Source: a virus. From it: a DNA stretch of 51,030 bases. The position numbers and the translations under genes are program-made. Shown in pieces: positions 43,032-51,030 of this stretch. The notes beneath the pieces were generated by a model. That model worked only from the letters and a program-made list of their open reading frames with translations. It was not told the origin of the DNA and ran no database searches. The stretch's first letter is position 1. The number at the start of each line of letters is the position of its first letter. The DNA lies in IMG/VR virus record IMGVR_UViG_3300045988_128615, positions 1 to 51,030 of that record, one strand, 5' to 3'.

Positions 43032-43564
43032 AGCCCAAAAGAATTAATTGTTTCCATCAATTCGAAATCGGTGGCGATATCCGGATAGTCCGCATTATTG
43101 GCTTGAAGCCATCTCACAAGTCTGATATTCATTCTTACCATGTCGTTCCATGCAAACATCATTTTCCTTTCGGGACTTACAAGACGACCATCATCTCCAT
43201 CAGCCTTCACTCCTGTAATAGTCGCCTGAGTGTGATTATGTCTCAAGTAATGGAAGTATATATAGTTGGCGATGGGGGATTTGGAAATCTCCCTATCGCC
43301 ATCACTATATTTCATGACAAGATGCGCTATAAGATCATCCCATCTTCTTTCCTTAGTTTTTCCATCGTTGGAAATATAGGATGAGAATTCCTTATACAAC
43401 TTTTCCCCTAGGAGCTTCTCTAAATATTCCGGCTCATATTGCGTTACAAAGCCTTGAAGGCTGTCAACAATTGCCTTATTAGTCTCAGAAGGAGTATGTA
43501 TATTCAATACTGCACCTTCGATATCAAGAATGCCACCTTGGAAAAAAGTATAATCCACCAACAT
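43028..43564 (-). CDS. putative head-tail connector protein
   Basis: 178-aa ORF. The call rests on position downstream of the capsid gene. Confidence 0.45.
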   Translation of the reverse strand: MLVDYTFFQGGILDIEGAVLNIHTPSETNKAIVDSLQGFVTQYEPEYLEKLLGEKLYKEFSSYISNDGKTKERRWDDLIAHLVMKYSDGDREISKSPIANYIYFHYLRHNHTQATITGVKADGDDGRLVSPERKMMFAWNDMVRMNIRLVRWLQANNADYPDIATDFELMETINSFGL

Positions 43565-43782
43565 TACACAATATCTTTGAGGTTCTTCTTTTTATTGAAC
43601 AAATCTTCAGCACCGATTTTCTTAGCGTCCTCCATCAATTCCGAAGGAACAGTGGCAACACGTCCATCTTGGAAGAACTTACCTGCAAGTAACATATTAA
43701 CACTTACTTTATCGCCTTTTTTATAAACGGCCCCGTCCTTTGCGAACTCAACCTCATAAGTTTTAGTCAAATTTACTTTCAT
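43564..43782 (-). CDS. small head-module protein
   Basis: 72-aa ORF immediately downstream of the major capsid gene. Confidence 0.5.
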   Translation of the reverse strand: MKVNLTKTYEVEFAKDGAVYKKGDKVSVNMLLAGKFFQDGRVATVPSELMEDAKKIGAEDLFNKKKNLKDIV

Positions 43783-43796
43783 AATATTTAATAAAT

Positions 43797-45110
43797 TTAT
43801 CCGCCAATACCGGCAGGGGTTATAGCTTCAATAACGGTCGCAATCTTATCCTTGACAAATGCAGTTTTATATTGCTTTTTAATATACACCATAAGACGTT
43901 TTTCACCAAGGATAGTCACCATATTTTTAGTGAAATCATCATTTTCCCATCCAAGTGTAATGGTAAGAACCCATACATCACGGATGTTAAGATAGTTAAA
44001 ATCGCCAACCCAAATATCACCTTGTTTGATTGCAGTGCTGGTTTCCACTTTCAAACCTTGAATCAGTTCATCACCAATACGGAAAGGACGGAGATATTGT
44101 CCATTAACATCCTTAGTCAACTGCATCTGTGCATAGTCAAGAGGATGCATAAGCACAAGGTTTGGACGATAAGCCATATTGGACATTGATACAATCTGTG
44201 TATACATACCAACAATAACATCATAAGTGTTGGGTTTCTCTACTTTCAGATCTGTCAAAGAGAATGTAGGTATATAACTCCCAATCCCTTTAATCCGACC
44301 GTCGGAACCAGTACCAGACAGAATACCTTCTTCTTCTTTCAAACCAATACGATTGATAATCTCAGCCCTAACCTCCGCAACCAACTGAGGCAAATCAGAT
44401 AATGTTTCTTCGGTTACTTTTGTGCCAAGAGCCACTTTGCCAGCATTGATAGTAACTTCTGCCAATGTACCGCTCATCATAGGCTTAAGACCGCCTTCTG
44501 GAACCCATTCAGCTTCTCCTTCACCTGGATTGAACTCCGCATAAGTCAATGATCGTGTAGATATTGCTGCCACATTGGCAAATTTACGGATTACAGTCTG
44601 GGAACGTGGATCAACAGATAACTGACTATCAATTGTCATGTTATAATGTGGTGCCACACCCGTACTCTTCAAGGGATCAACCTCCTTCTTGTTTATAATA
44701 AGCGTAAGGCTTTTCTTAAAACCGGGGGACTGCTTACAAGCCGTTTTCAAGTCCACAGTTTTCTCTCCATGCTTGCCTACTGTGATGAAATCCTTCAATT
44801 GATCTTCAATCTGCTGGTCTACAGACTTGAACACCATTTGCCCGTCTTCATTCTTATGCATTGCACCTTTCATGCGAACGATTATCTCTTTCATCTCACC
44901 AAGTTCCTTACGCACTGTTTCCAATTCCTTTTCGGAATCTATCTTTTGAGAAACCTCATTTAATTTATCCTCAAAAGTTTTTTTGTCGATAGTATCGTCC
45001 ATGAAATCGCCTACAGTAGCGTTTATTGCGTCCTGCAACGCCTGTAATGACTTCACGGAAACCTCATCCATTACCGACAAATCAATTTTGCTTAAAAAGT
45101 CAAATTTCAT
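43797..45110 (-). CDS. major capsid protein (HK97-like) with N-terminal delta/scaffold region
   Basis: 437 aa with a coiled-coil N-terminus. It follows a prohead protease gene, which is the classic HK97 arrangement. Confidence 0.8.
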   Translation of the reverse strand: MKFDFLSKIDLSVMDEVSVKSLQALQDAINATVGDFMDDTIDKKTFEDKLNEVSQKIDSEKELETVRKELGEMKEIIVRMKGAMHKNEDGQMVFKSVDQQIEDQLKDFITVGKHGEKTVDLKTACKQSPGFKKSLTLIINKKEVDPLKSTGVAPHYNMTIDSQLSVDPRSQTVIRKFANVAAISTRSLTYAEFNPGEGEAEWVPEGGLKPMMSGTLAEVTINAGKVALGTKVTEETLSDLPQLVAEVRAEIINRIGLKEEEGILSGTGSDGRIKGIGSYIPTFSLTDLKVEKPNTYDVIVGMYTQIVSMSNMAYRPNLVLMHPLDYAQMQLTKDVNGQYLRPFRIGDELIQGLKVETSTAIKQGDIWVGDFNYLNIRDVWVLTITLGWENDDFTKNMVTILGEKRLMVYIKKQYKTAFVKDKIATVIEAITPAGIGG

Positions 45111-45841
45111 GCTTCTTTAAGTTTTAAAGGTTTTGTAAATAGTTTTATTTTTTCATCGGCTCCCTCTTCATCAAGTGGCTTGTCTGCCGGCTTGTATCGA
45201 GCGAGTGACATCGCTTTTCTTACTAACATTTGGATTTCCTCCCTCTTTCTTATCGGAAGTCCTTTACATACATCACTTATTTCAACCGGAAGTGACTCCA
45301 ACGCACTTTCATATTCTTCTGCCGATTTCAGACCAAGATATTCAGTTTCTCCATTACATCCTATGGACACTACGGATATCTCATACAGAATGGCTTCCTT
45401 TACAACCAAGCAATCACGTTCCCTGTCATATTCACATTTTTCCCATACATAACTATAACCTATAGAGAACTGGTTCAAAGTTCCACTTTCAAGCTGTTTC
45501 AACGCTTGATTTCCTCTTTCCACATCATCAATATACGCTTCAAAGTAAAGCCCTTTCTCATCTTCTTGCAGAAGCGTAATGCGTCCTATAGGCTCATGCA
45601 TGTCATGCATCCACAAAAAGATAATCTTATCATTAGCAGAACTTCCCGGACCTCTCTCCTGTATGCTTTTTGAAAAACAACCTTTCAGGAGCATATCACC
45701 GGATTTATCAATGTTATTGAAAACCGCAGCATAACCACTTATAGTTCTACTGCCAGAATCATATTGTATCTCCTTTGCATAAAAAGCTAAGGATTTATAC
45801 TGCTTCCCCAACCTGTTCTTGTATTTGCTTGTCTCCATCAT
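45107..45841 (-). CDS. HK97-family prohead protease
   Basis: ISGYAAVFNNIDKSGDMLLKGCF ... FLWMHDMHEPIGR pattern. It lies between the portal and capsid genes. Confidence 0.8.
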   Translation of the reverse strand: MMETSKYKNRLGKQYKSLAFYAKEIQYDSGSRTISGYAAVFNNIDKSGDMLLKGCFSKSIQERGPGSSANDKIIFLWMHDMHEPIGRITLLQEDEKGLYFEAYIDDVERGNQALKQLESGTLNQFSIGYSYVWEKCEYDRERDCLVVKEAILYEISVVSIGCNGETEYLGLKSAEEYESALESLPVEISDVCKGLPIRKREEIQMLVRKAMSLARYKPADKPLDEEGADEKIKLFTKPLKLKEA

Positions 45842-47156
45842 TATTTATTTCACTTTTAAATTCTCCCTTAGGGTTATCAGGATCAATATCTGTAAAATTG
45901 GACATTTCGGTTCTTGCTTCTTCAAAAGTAATCAGCCGATTGTTATACAATGAAGCTACAGCATTAGAGGCTGTAGACAAGGCATCCGCCAATTCTTTCA
46001 TATCCTTTTGAAGGCAAGGGACATGAGTGAAGTCCATTTTGATTATTGCCCTGTCCTTACATATAGCATTAGTCAGAACCTCTGTTATAGATTCACTGTC
46101 AGGGATAATAAGATCCTGATATGCCGCTTTCTTTGCTTGAGAAGAGTTATCATAAGTACTTCCTTGTATAATCAGATTGGGGTCAAAGCCTATCGTCTGA
46201 GCTATCGCTTCCAAGCACGCCTTATCCTCCTCATGAAGCTTCAATTGGTCTGTATTTGACCCCAATGTAATCCACCCTAGTTTCTTAGGAGTCACCATGA
46301 TTTCATACAACTTATGCACTATACCATATTTCCTTTTGAAATCATCCTGCAATTTCTTGGATTCAGACGGAGTAATAGCTGCATTCCCTACGTCAGTCGT
46401 ATCATTTCCGTATAGTATCCCTTTAGGTCCTCCATTAACAATAAGGTTTCCTCTCCCTATCAGTTGAGCCATATAGTTTCGAGTATGAGTAGATAATGCG
46501 TCCACAGGGGAGTGGAAGGTAATTCTCCCTCCATTATTACTTGGAATATCCATTATCGAATCGTATATGACAAAATACTCCTCATCACCAAGTTCTATAT
46601 TCTCATTTCCCCAACGTATATATACCTTACTAGCAATTGAAGAAAGCTCTGTTTGAGTAAACGGGTCCTTACCGAATGATTCCATGTAGAATAATTCGGG
46701 AGGTATTACCATCATGGATTTAGGGAGATCAGACTTTAAAGCTCTTAGTGTATAGACAGGGCAAAATCCGAAACACTTCAAAGATATCTCAATCTGCTTT
46801 ATAAAAGAACGCCCACTCTGTATCACATTCGGACGATTCAGAAGAGTCACAATGTCTTTGAAACTCCTCTTCTCGTTTCCGTTAATATCCGTCACATAAT
46901 ACCGCCCATTCTGCATCATTCTTCCGCAATGATCTAGAACCATTGCAAACGGCCAACATTCATGTAAGGCTCTTGATTTCCCTTCAACGGTCGACATGTC
47001 AAAATCTATATCCCCTCTATTGCCAGAAAACAGATTTTCCACCCATTTAGGAACATAAATAAAATTACCACCATCATCTTTACCATGATAAGTAGCATCA
47101 CTATACATATCCTTATTCGACTTCTTTAAAGAAGGTATCCTAAACCAATGTTTCAT
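45795..47156 (-). CDS. portal protein
   Basis: 453 aa and the first gene of the structural operon, directly upstream of the protease and capsid genes. Confidence 0.75.
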   Translation of the reverse strand: MKHWFRIPSLKKSNKDMYSDATYHGKDDGGNFIYVPKWVENLFSGNRGDIDFDMSTVEGKSRALHECWPFAMVLDHCGRMMQNGRYYVTDINGNEKRSFKDIVTLLNRPNVIQSGRSFIKQIEISLKCFGFCPVYTLRALKSDLPKSMMVIPPELFYMESFGKDPFTQTELSSIASKVYIRWGNENIELGDEEYFVIYDSIMDIPSNNGGRITFHSPVDALSTHTRNYMAQLIGRGNLIVNGGPKGILYGNDTTDVGNAAITPSESKKLQDDFKRKYGIVHKLYEIMVTPKKLGWITLGSNTDQLKLHEEDKACLEAIAQTIGFDPNLIIQGSTYDNSSQAKKAAYQDLIIPDSESITEVLTNAICKDRAIIKMDFTHVPCLQKDMKELADALSTASNAVASLYNNRLITFEEARTEMSNFTDIDPDNPKGEFKSEINNDGDKQIQEQVGEAV

Positions 47157-47450
47157 TGTTCAACAATAAAGGCAACCGCCGTTATAATACAGCAATTGCC
47201 TCCACAGTGATCACGTTCTAAAAGTGGGTATGGTGTAACTTCACACCATGAAGGCTATTGCCTGCTACAAAGGAACAAATTAATTTATTTATTAACAAAC
47301 GATTTAAATATTATTTTTGTTTAATCTAAATTAAAATAACAGATTATACAACATATATTTTATTAACCTTTTTCCCATGTGGATACAACCTGTTTGATAT
47401 CTTTGCTATTGTCTTCTTGGGAAAATGGGATAGAGAGTAGGGCGTGGATT

Positions 47451-47491
47451 GAACGGCTGCTGTGCTTTTTGCTGGCGGTCGTTCTTTTTTT
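47451..47491 (+). terminator. intrinsic terminator 1 in the portal/lysis intergenic region
   Basis: GAACGGCTGC / GCGGTCGTTC 10-bp stem (2 G-U pairs) followed by TTTTTTT. Confidence 0.7.
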
Positions 47492-47600
47492 GTATTCTTA
47501 TTTGCGAAAGAGAGAAGCAATATTTATCTTTGTGGAAGCGTGTGAAGATGCACGCCACATTGATTATGACGAAAGGACATACTACATATTTGATAAAGCC

Positions 47601-47645
47601 AAGAGCTTGTTGCGGATTAGTTTCCGTAGCAGGCTCTTTTTTGTT
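47601..47645 (+). terminator. intrinsic terminator 2
   Basis: AAGAGC..GCTCTT closes a long imperfect stem, followed by TTTTTTGTTTTG. Confidence 0.65.
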
Positions 47646-47720
47646 TTGTATGACCAAATAAAGAAGACATGCCTCTGTAATAAGAAGTATTGTCAATTCT
47701 TAATACAGATGATGAATTAC

Positions 47721-47740
47721 TAAACGCATTTTTGCGTTTA
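47721..47740. terminator. hairpin TAAACGC/GCGTTTA (terminator or leader hairpin)
   Basis: 7-bp perfect stem with loop ATTTTT. It is followed by GCTTTTG and then ACTTACGAAGA (47756-47766), which resembles the late-leader 20-mer. Confidence 0.5.
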
Positions 47741-47825
47741 GCTTTTGTATCAACGACTTACGAAGATTCAACAGGCAAAAGTAATTAAAAACGTTGATAA
47801 TTAATGTGATGCAAAAGTGCAGGAC

Positions 47826-48557
47826 ATGTTTATTAAATATATAATAAGAAGTAATATGCTAGTTGTAGAAAAAGTTTCGTCTGCTCTTGAAATGAGTGGA
47901 ATTATGGTTTACGAACACCCACTATTTGGCAAAGTTCGTATGTATGTTGAAAATGGTAAAAGTTGGTTTTGCGGAATGGATATTGCCACTTCTCTACAGT
48001 ATTCAAATCCATCAAAAGCAATTATAGATCACTGTAAACCAGCCTCCATAACGATTCGGGAAGTAGGGGTGCAAACTGGATTAAAAGCAGATGGCACGCC
48101 AGCTATACAAATGAAATCAATGAAGTTTATCAGCGAAGGCAACATCTATCGCTTGATAACCAAAAGTCAGATGCCGAAAGCTGACGAGTTTGAGAGTTGG
48201 ATATTTGATGAGATTGTTCCTTCGGTGGTAAATACAGGTAGTTACTCGCTTCACTCTCAGTATAACGTCCCTCAATCTTTTGGAGAGGCCCTTATGCTAG
48301 CTGCCCAACAGCAAATGAAGATTGAGGAGCAACAGAAACAAATAGAACAGAAGACCGAGCAACTTGATGAATCCAAAGAATGGTACAGTATCAAGCGTTG
48401 GGCAAAGGAGCATAATATGAACTGGCGTTCCATCAACTGGCGAAGAATGAAAGCATTATCTTATGGATTGGGCTACGAGATCAAGAAGATATTTGATGCC
48501 AACTATGGACAGGTGAATATCTATCATATTAATGTGTTCAAAACTTACTTTAAATGA
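47826..48557 (+). CDS. Bro-N domain protein (antirepressor-like)
   Basis: LFGKVRMYVENGKSWFCGMDIATSLQYSNP ... ISEGNIYRLITKSQMPKADEFESWIFDEIVPSV. The start is uncertain (GTG 47817, or ATG at 47826, 47856 or 47892). Confidence 0.7.
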   Translation: MFIKYIIRSNMLVVEKVSSALEMSGIMVYEHPLFGKVRMYVENGKSWFCGMDIATSLQYSNPSKAIIDHCKPASITIREVGVQTGLKADGTPAIQMKSMKFISEGNIYRLITKSQMPKADEFESWIFDEIVPSVVNTGSYSLHSQYNVPQSFGEALMLAAQQQMKIEEQQKQIEQKTEQLDESKEWYSIKRWAKEHNMNWRSINWRRMKALSYGLGYEIKKIFDANYGQVNIYHINVFKTYFK

Positions 48558-49009
48558 AAGACGTAATTTATAATTTTATCAACGAGCACATGATGATACA
48601 TATTGTGCTTATAGCCTTGTGTATTGCGGCTACAATGGGGGCTATGTTAGTAGACCTTATCACGGGAGTAATGAAAGCCAAGCAACGGGGGGAGGCAAGA
48701 ACATCCACGGGGTATAAGAAAACAGCCGTCAAAGCGAAGAAGTATTTCACCCCGTTCATAGAATTGTGCTTCATTGACCTGTTATGCTGCGTAGTTATCC
48801 CCTTCCCTATTTTTTCAATGATTTGGACGGGGTACTGCATTTTCTGTGAGTTTAAATCAGTTCGTGAAAAATCATGGGAAAAAGCGGAGTTGCGCAAGGC
48901 AGAAAACACAATGAGTGTGATTATCGAGAACAAGGATGATATTGCCAAGACCATGGCTCAGATATTGTTTGATAGTGAAAAAGAAAAGGAGGGAAAGAGA
49001 AATGGCTGA
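48554..49009 (+). CDS. holin-like membrane protein
   Basis: 151 aa with hydrophobic helices ([22 protein letters not shown]; [30 protein letters not shown]). It lies directly upstream of the muramidase gene and overlaps it. Confidence 0.65.
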   Translation: MKDVIYNFINEHMMIHIVLIALCIAATMGAMLVDLITGVMKAKQRGEARTSTGYKKTAVKAKKYFTPFIELCFIDLLCCVVIPFPIFSMIWTGYCIFCEFKSVREKSWEKAELRKAENTMSVIIENKDDIAKTMAQILFDSEKEKEGKRNG

Positions 49010-49520
49010 CGTAAGAAAACTTGCACCGTTTATCCTGAAGTGGGAAGGCGGTTTTATAAATGACCCTGACGATTTGGGAGGGGCTACCAATATGGGCGTA
49101 ACCATCGGAACTTATGAAACGTATTGCCGGAAGAAAGGCTATCCCAAGCCTACGGTTGAAAGATTGAAAAACATCACGAAAGAGGAATGGACGGAAATCT
49201 TGAAAACCATGTACTGGGACAGATGGAAGGCTGATGAGATAAAATCGCAATCAGTTGCTGACATATTGGTTGATTGGGTCTGGGCATCCGGTGCGCACGG
49301 AATTAAGATTCCTCAACGCTTGCTTGGTGTTACAGTGGATGGCATTGTAGGTCCCAAGACACTTGCTGCAGTTAATTCCCGTAATCCCCGTGAATTGTTT
49401 GACCAGATCAAGATTGCACGGTTTGATTTTATTGAGGATATATGCCGGAAACGCCCAGCAAACAACAAGTTCAAACGTGGTTGGATGAACCGTATCAACG
49501 ATATAAAATTTGAGGGATGA
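49002..49520 (+). CDS. endolysin: GH108-type N-acetylmuramidase with PG_binding_3-like domain
   Basis: The start MADVRKL overlaps the holin stop by 8 nt. [24 protein letters not shown] is GH108-like. [14 protein letters not shown] is the binding-domain motif. Confidence 0.85.
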   Translation: MADVRKLAPFILKWEGGFINDPDDLGGATNMGVTIGTYETYCRKKGYPKPTVERLKNITKEEWTEILKTMYWDRWKADEIKSQSVADILVDWVWASGAHGIKIPQRLLGVTVDGIVGPKTLAAVNSRNPRELFDQIKIARFDFIEDICRKRPANNKFKRGWMNRINDIKFEG

Positions 49521-49924
49521 AACAAAGGATCTATATATGGATTGCGGTAGGGATAGCATTGCTATTGCTGTTTGGGTCATGCCGGAGTATAAGGTATGTT
49601 CCGGTAGAAACAATAAGGACTGACAGTCTTTATCTTACTGTGTATGAACGTGATTCCATTCACATTAAGGATTCTATCTATGTAAAAGAGAAAGGCGATT
49701 CTGTATTAGTTGACAAGTGGCATATAGTCTACCGTGACAGGACAATTCGCGATACAGCCTATATAGAGAAGGAGAAAGATGTAGAAGTCCCCTATCCTGT
49801 GGAGAAGGAATTAACATGGTGGCAGAAGACAAAATTAGAACTAGGAGAGTTATCTATAGGTGTTATATTAGTATTGCTAATCGTAGTCATTTGGCTGATA
49901 AAGAAGAAGGGAGGTGCAAGATGA
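49517..49924 (+). CDS. spanin-like protein (lipobox-like N-terminus plus C-terminal TM helix)
   Basis: [10 protein letters not shown] at the N-terminus and [17 protein letters not shown] at the C-terminus. It is the last gene of the lysis cassette. Confidence 0.5.
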   Translation: MKQRIYIWIAVGIALLLLFGSCRSIRYVPVETIRTDSLYLTVYERDSIHIKDSIYVKEKGDSVLVDKWHIVYRDRTIRDTAYIEKEKDVEVPYPVEKELTWWQKTKLELGELSIGVILVLLIVVIWLIKKKGGAR

Positions 49925-49934
49925 GATAGCAACA

Positions 49935-50084
49935 TCAAGTATTATTCGCCACAGGTAGAAGTGTGGCATATATATCATTAAGTGATGTCTGTGCGATACC
50001 TATCTTTTCTGCAAAAGATCTTTTACTTTTATATCCGAATTGAGATATTATTTGAGTAATTCTTTCATTTACAGTTGTTTTCAT
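49935..50084 (-). CDS. short XRE-family HTH protein (49 aa, below ORF-track cutoff), repressor-side gene of the switch
   Basis: MKTTVNERITQIISQFGYKSKRSFAEKIGIAQTSLNDIYATLLPVANNT. The HTH_3-like helices end right after the recognition helix. It is divergent from the 50238 gene. Confidence 0.55.
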   Translation of the reverse strand: MKTTVNERITQIISQFGYKSKRSFAEKIGIAQTSLNDIYATLLPVANNT

Positions 50085-50133
50085 AATATATTATTTAAAA
50101 TGTTTCTAAATAACGGTTTAGCTTATATTTTTT

Positions 50134-50175
50134 AGCGGTTTAATTTGCAACTGAAAGTTAAACCGCTTACTTTTG
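50134..50175 (+). promoter_or_regulatory. operator-like 10-bp inverted repeat abutting a TAnnTTTG promoter box
   Basis: AGCGGTTTAA (50134-50143) and TTAAACCGCT (50158-50167) are separated by a 14-nt spacer. A half-site variant AACGGTTTA lies at 50112-50120. TACTTTTG is at 50168-50175. Confidence 0.55.
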
Positions 50176-50237
50176 CAATGTGAGAACGAACTGAATACAG
50201 TTTTATTTCGCAACGGCAATAATTAATATACAAATAT

Positions 50238-50447
50238 ATGAATAAAATAGGAAGAACCAAAGAAATCCCACGGATAATCGTTCCACAAGGTGCACAGAAA
50301 CACATCGCATCTCATTTCGGGGTTAGCGGTGAAACAGTACGCAGAGCATTAAAGTACATTATCAACACTGAACTTGCAGTAAGAATAAGGGAAGAGGCGA
50401 TAAAGAATTATGGTGGTGCAGAATCCATTATCAGAGTGAAAATATAA
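50238..50447 (+). CDS. small HTH DNA-binding protein (early regulator)
   Basis: 69 aa with HIASHFGVSGETVRRALKYI, an HTH-like segment. Confidence 0.55.
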   Translation: MNKIGRTKEIPRIIVPQGAQKHIASHFGVSGETVRRALKYIINTELAVRIREEAIKNYGGAESIIRVKI

Positions 50448-50460
50448 ATATTCAAAGGTT

Positions 50461-50685
50461 ATGATGACAAGAACAGAAATGAATATGCTCACGGAAAGAT
50501 TTGCAGAAGTGACGGGAAAACAGAATGATTCTGTAATGAATTCTGCTAGATGCGCAGAATATCTAGGAATATCTCAAGGGGCTTTAAGAAAACGCGTTCA
50601 TGATGGTACTATCCCATATACTAAAAAGGGCAAACTGTTGTATTTCTCTAAACAAGATGTAAATAAATACTTATTAGATAAATAA
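50461..50685 (+). CDS. excisionase-family (HTH_17 / MerR-like) DNA-binding protein
   Basis: ARCAEYLGISQGALRKRVHDGTIPYTKKGKLLYFSKQDVNKYL. Confidence 0.65.
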   Translation: MMTRTEMNMLTERFAEVTGKQNDSVMNSARCAEYLGISQGALRKRVHDGTIPYTKKGKLLYFSKQDVNKYLLDK

Positions 50686-50688
50686 AAA

Positions 50689-50973
50689 ATGAGCAAAGCA
50701 ACCGATTTTATAAATAATAAATGCTACCAGCTTGGTAATCCGGTAGAACCGTTGATTTTTAAAGCTGACGCGCTGGAAGCTATTAGTATTGCATGCAAGG
50801 AGATAGAAGAAAGAACTGTGATAGTGTACCGGCAGTTATGTCCTTGTTTTCAAAGGGGGAAATGTAAGCATTATCCTCACAACCAAAAACAAGGTAGTCA
50901 AATATGTGATATGGAATGTGATCGTATAAGTTATCTAAAGAAACAATTGGCTTGTATTTCAGCAGACAAATAA
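50689..50973 (+). CDS. hypothetical Cys-rich protein
   Basis: 94-aa ORF. Its stop lies 2 nt before the terminal repeat. Confidence 0.5.
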   Translation: MSKATDFINNKCYQLGNPVEPLIFKADALEAISIACKEIEERTVIVYRQLCPCFQRGKCKHYPHNQKQGSQICDMECDRISYLKKQLACISADK

Positions 50974-50975
50974 AT

Positions 50976-51030
50976 ATATCCCCTCCCGTAAGATTCGGGG
51001 TAACAACCGGTTTAAGCCGTTGAGGGGAAC
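50976..51030. repeat. 55-bp terminal direct repeat, copy 2 (circular-assembly overlap)
   Basis: Identical to bases 1-55. Confidence 0.95.

Noticed and set aside
47379-47723. ORFs 47379..47723 (+), 47449..47661 (+) and 47406..47696 (-) in the portal/lysis gap
   Set aside because: They mutually overlap. The two plus-strand ORFs start at GTG or TTG, and the minus-strand ORF is antisense to them. They run straight through two strong intrinsic terminators, and the translations look non-protein-like. The region is treated as non-coding.

Overview
The window is one complete, circularly closed dsDNA phage genome. Bases 1-55 are identical to bases 50976-51030, which looks like an assembler overlap, so the unique length is 50975 bp. 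The capsid module is HK97-type and a long tape-measure gene points to a siphovirus-like tail. No database or folding tool was run; every call rests on motifs read from the translations and the DNA.

Layout:
- A plus-strand early/middle arm runs from the switch region (about 50238), wraps through base 1, and ends at 22762. It carries small HTH regulators and a recombination module (Sak4-like ATPase, PD-(D/E)XK nuclease, SSB-like protein, NinB). It also has a VRR-NUC nuclease, replication-organiser-like genes, four DNA methyltransferases, a Xer-like tyrosine recombinase and about 25 small unknown genes. The terminase small and large subunits close this arm.
- A minus-strand structural arm runs from 47156 down to 24947. 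It encodes portal, prohead protease, major capsid, connector and tail genes, a 1138-aa tape measure, baseplate and fibre genes, and a 922-aa beta-helix tail fibre.
- A three-gene accessory island (KilA-N protein, Rha/KilAC antirepressor, membrane-anchored LRR protein) interrupts the structural arm.
- A plus-strand lysis cassette (Bro-N protein, holin, GH108 muramidase, spanin-like protein) occupies 47826-49924.

Several TAnnTTTG promoter boxes and the gene content suggest a Bacteroidota host. This is an inference.

Most interesting observations:
1. An inverted, N-terminally truncated paralogue of the fibre distal domain sits next to an HTH/RHH regulator. It may be a receptor-binding cassette.
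2. A family of three covarying GUGA-tetraloop hairpins lies in the early intergenic regions.
3. A conserved late-gene leader combines a promoter box, a 5' hairpin and ACGAAAAGAC just before the ATG.
4. There are two tRNA-like acceptor/T-arm elements with no cloverleaf.
5. Other points: a four-methyltransferase island, a terminase with an extra C-terminal domain, two apparently frame-split genes, and several sub-60-aa genes missing from the ORF track.
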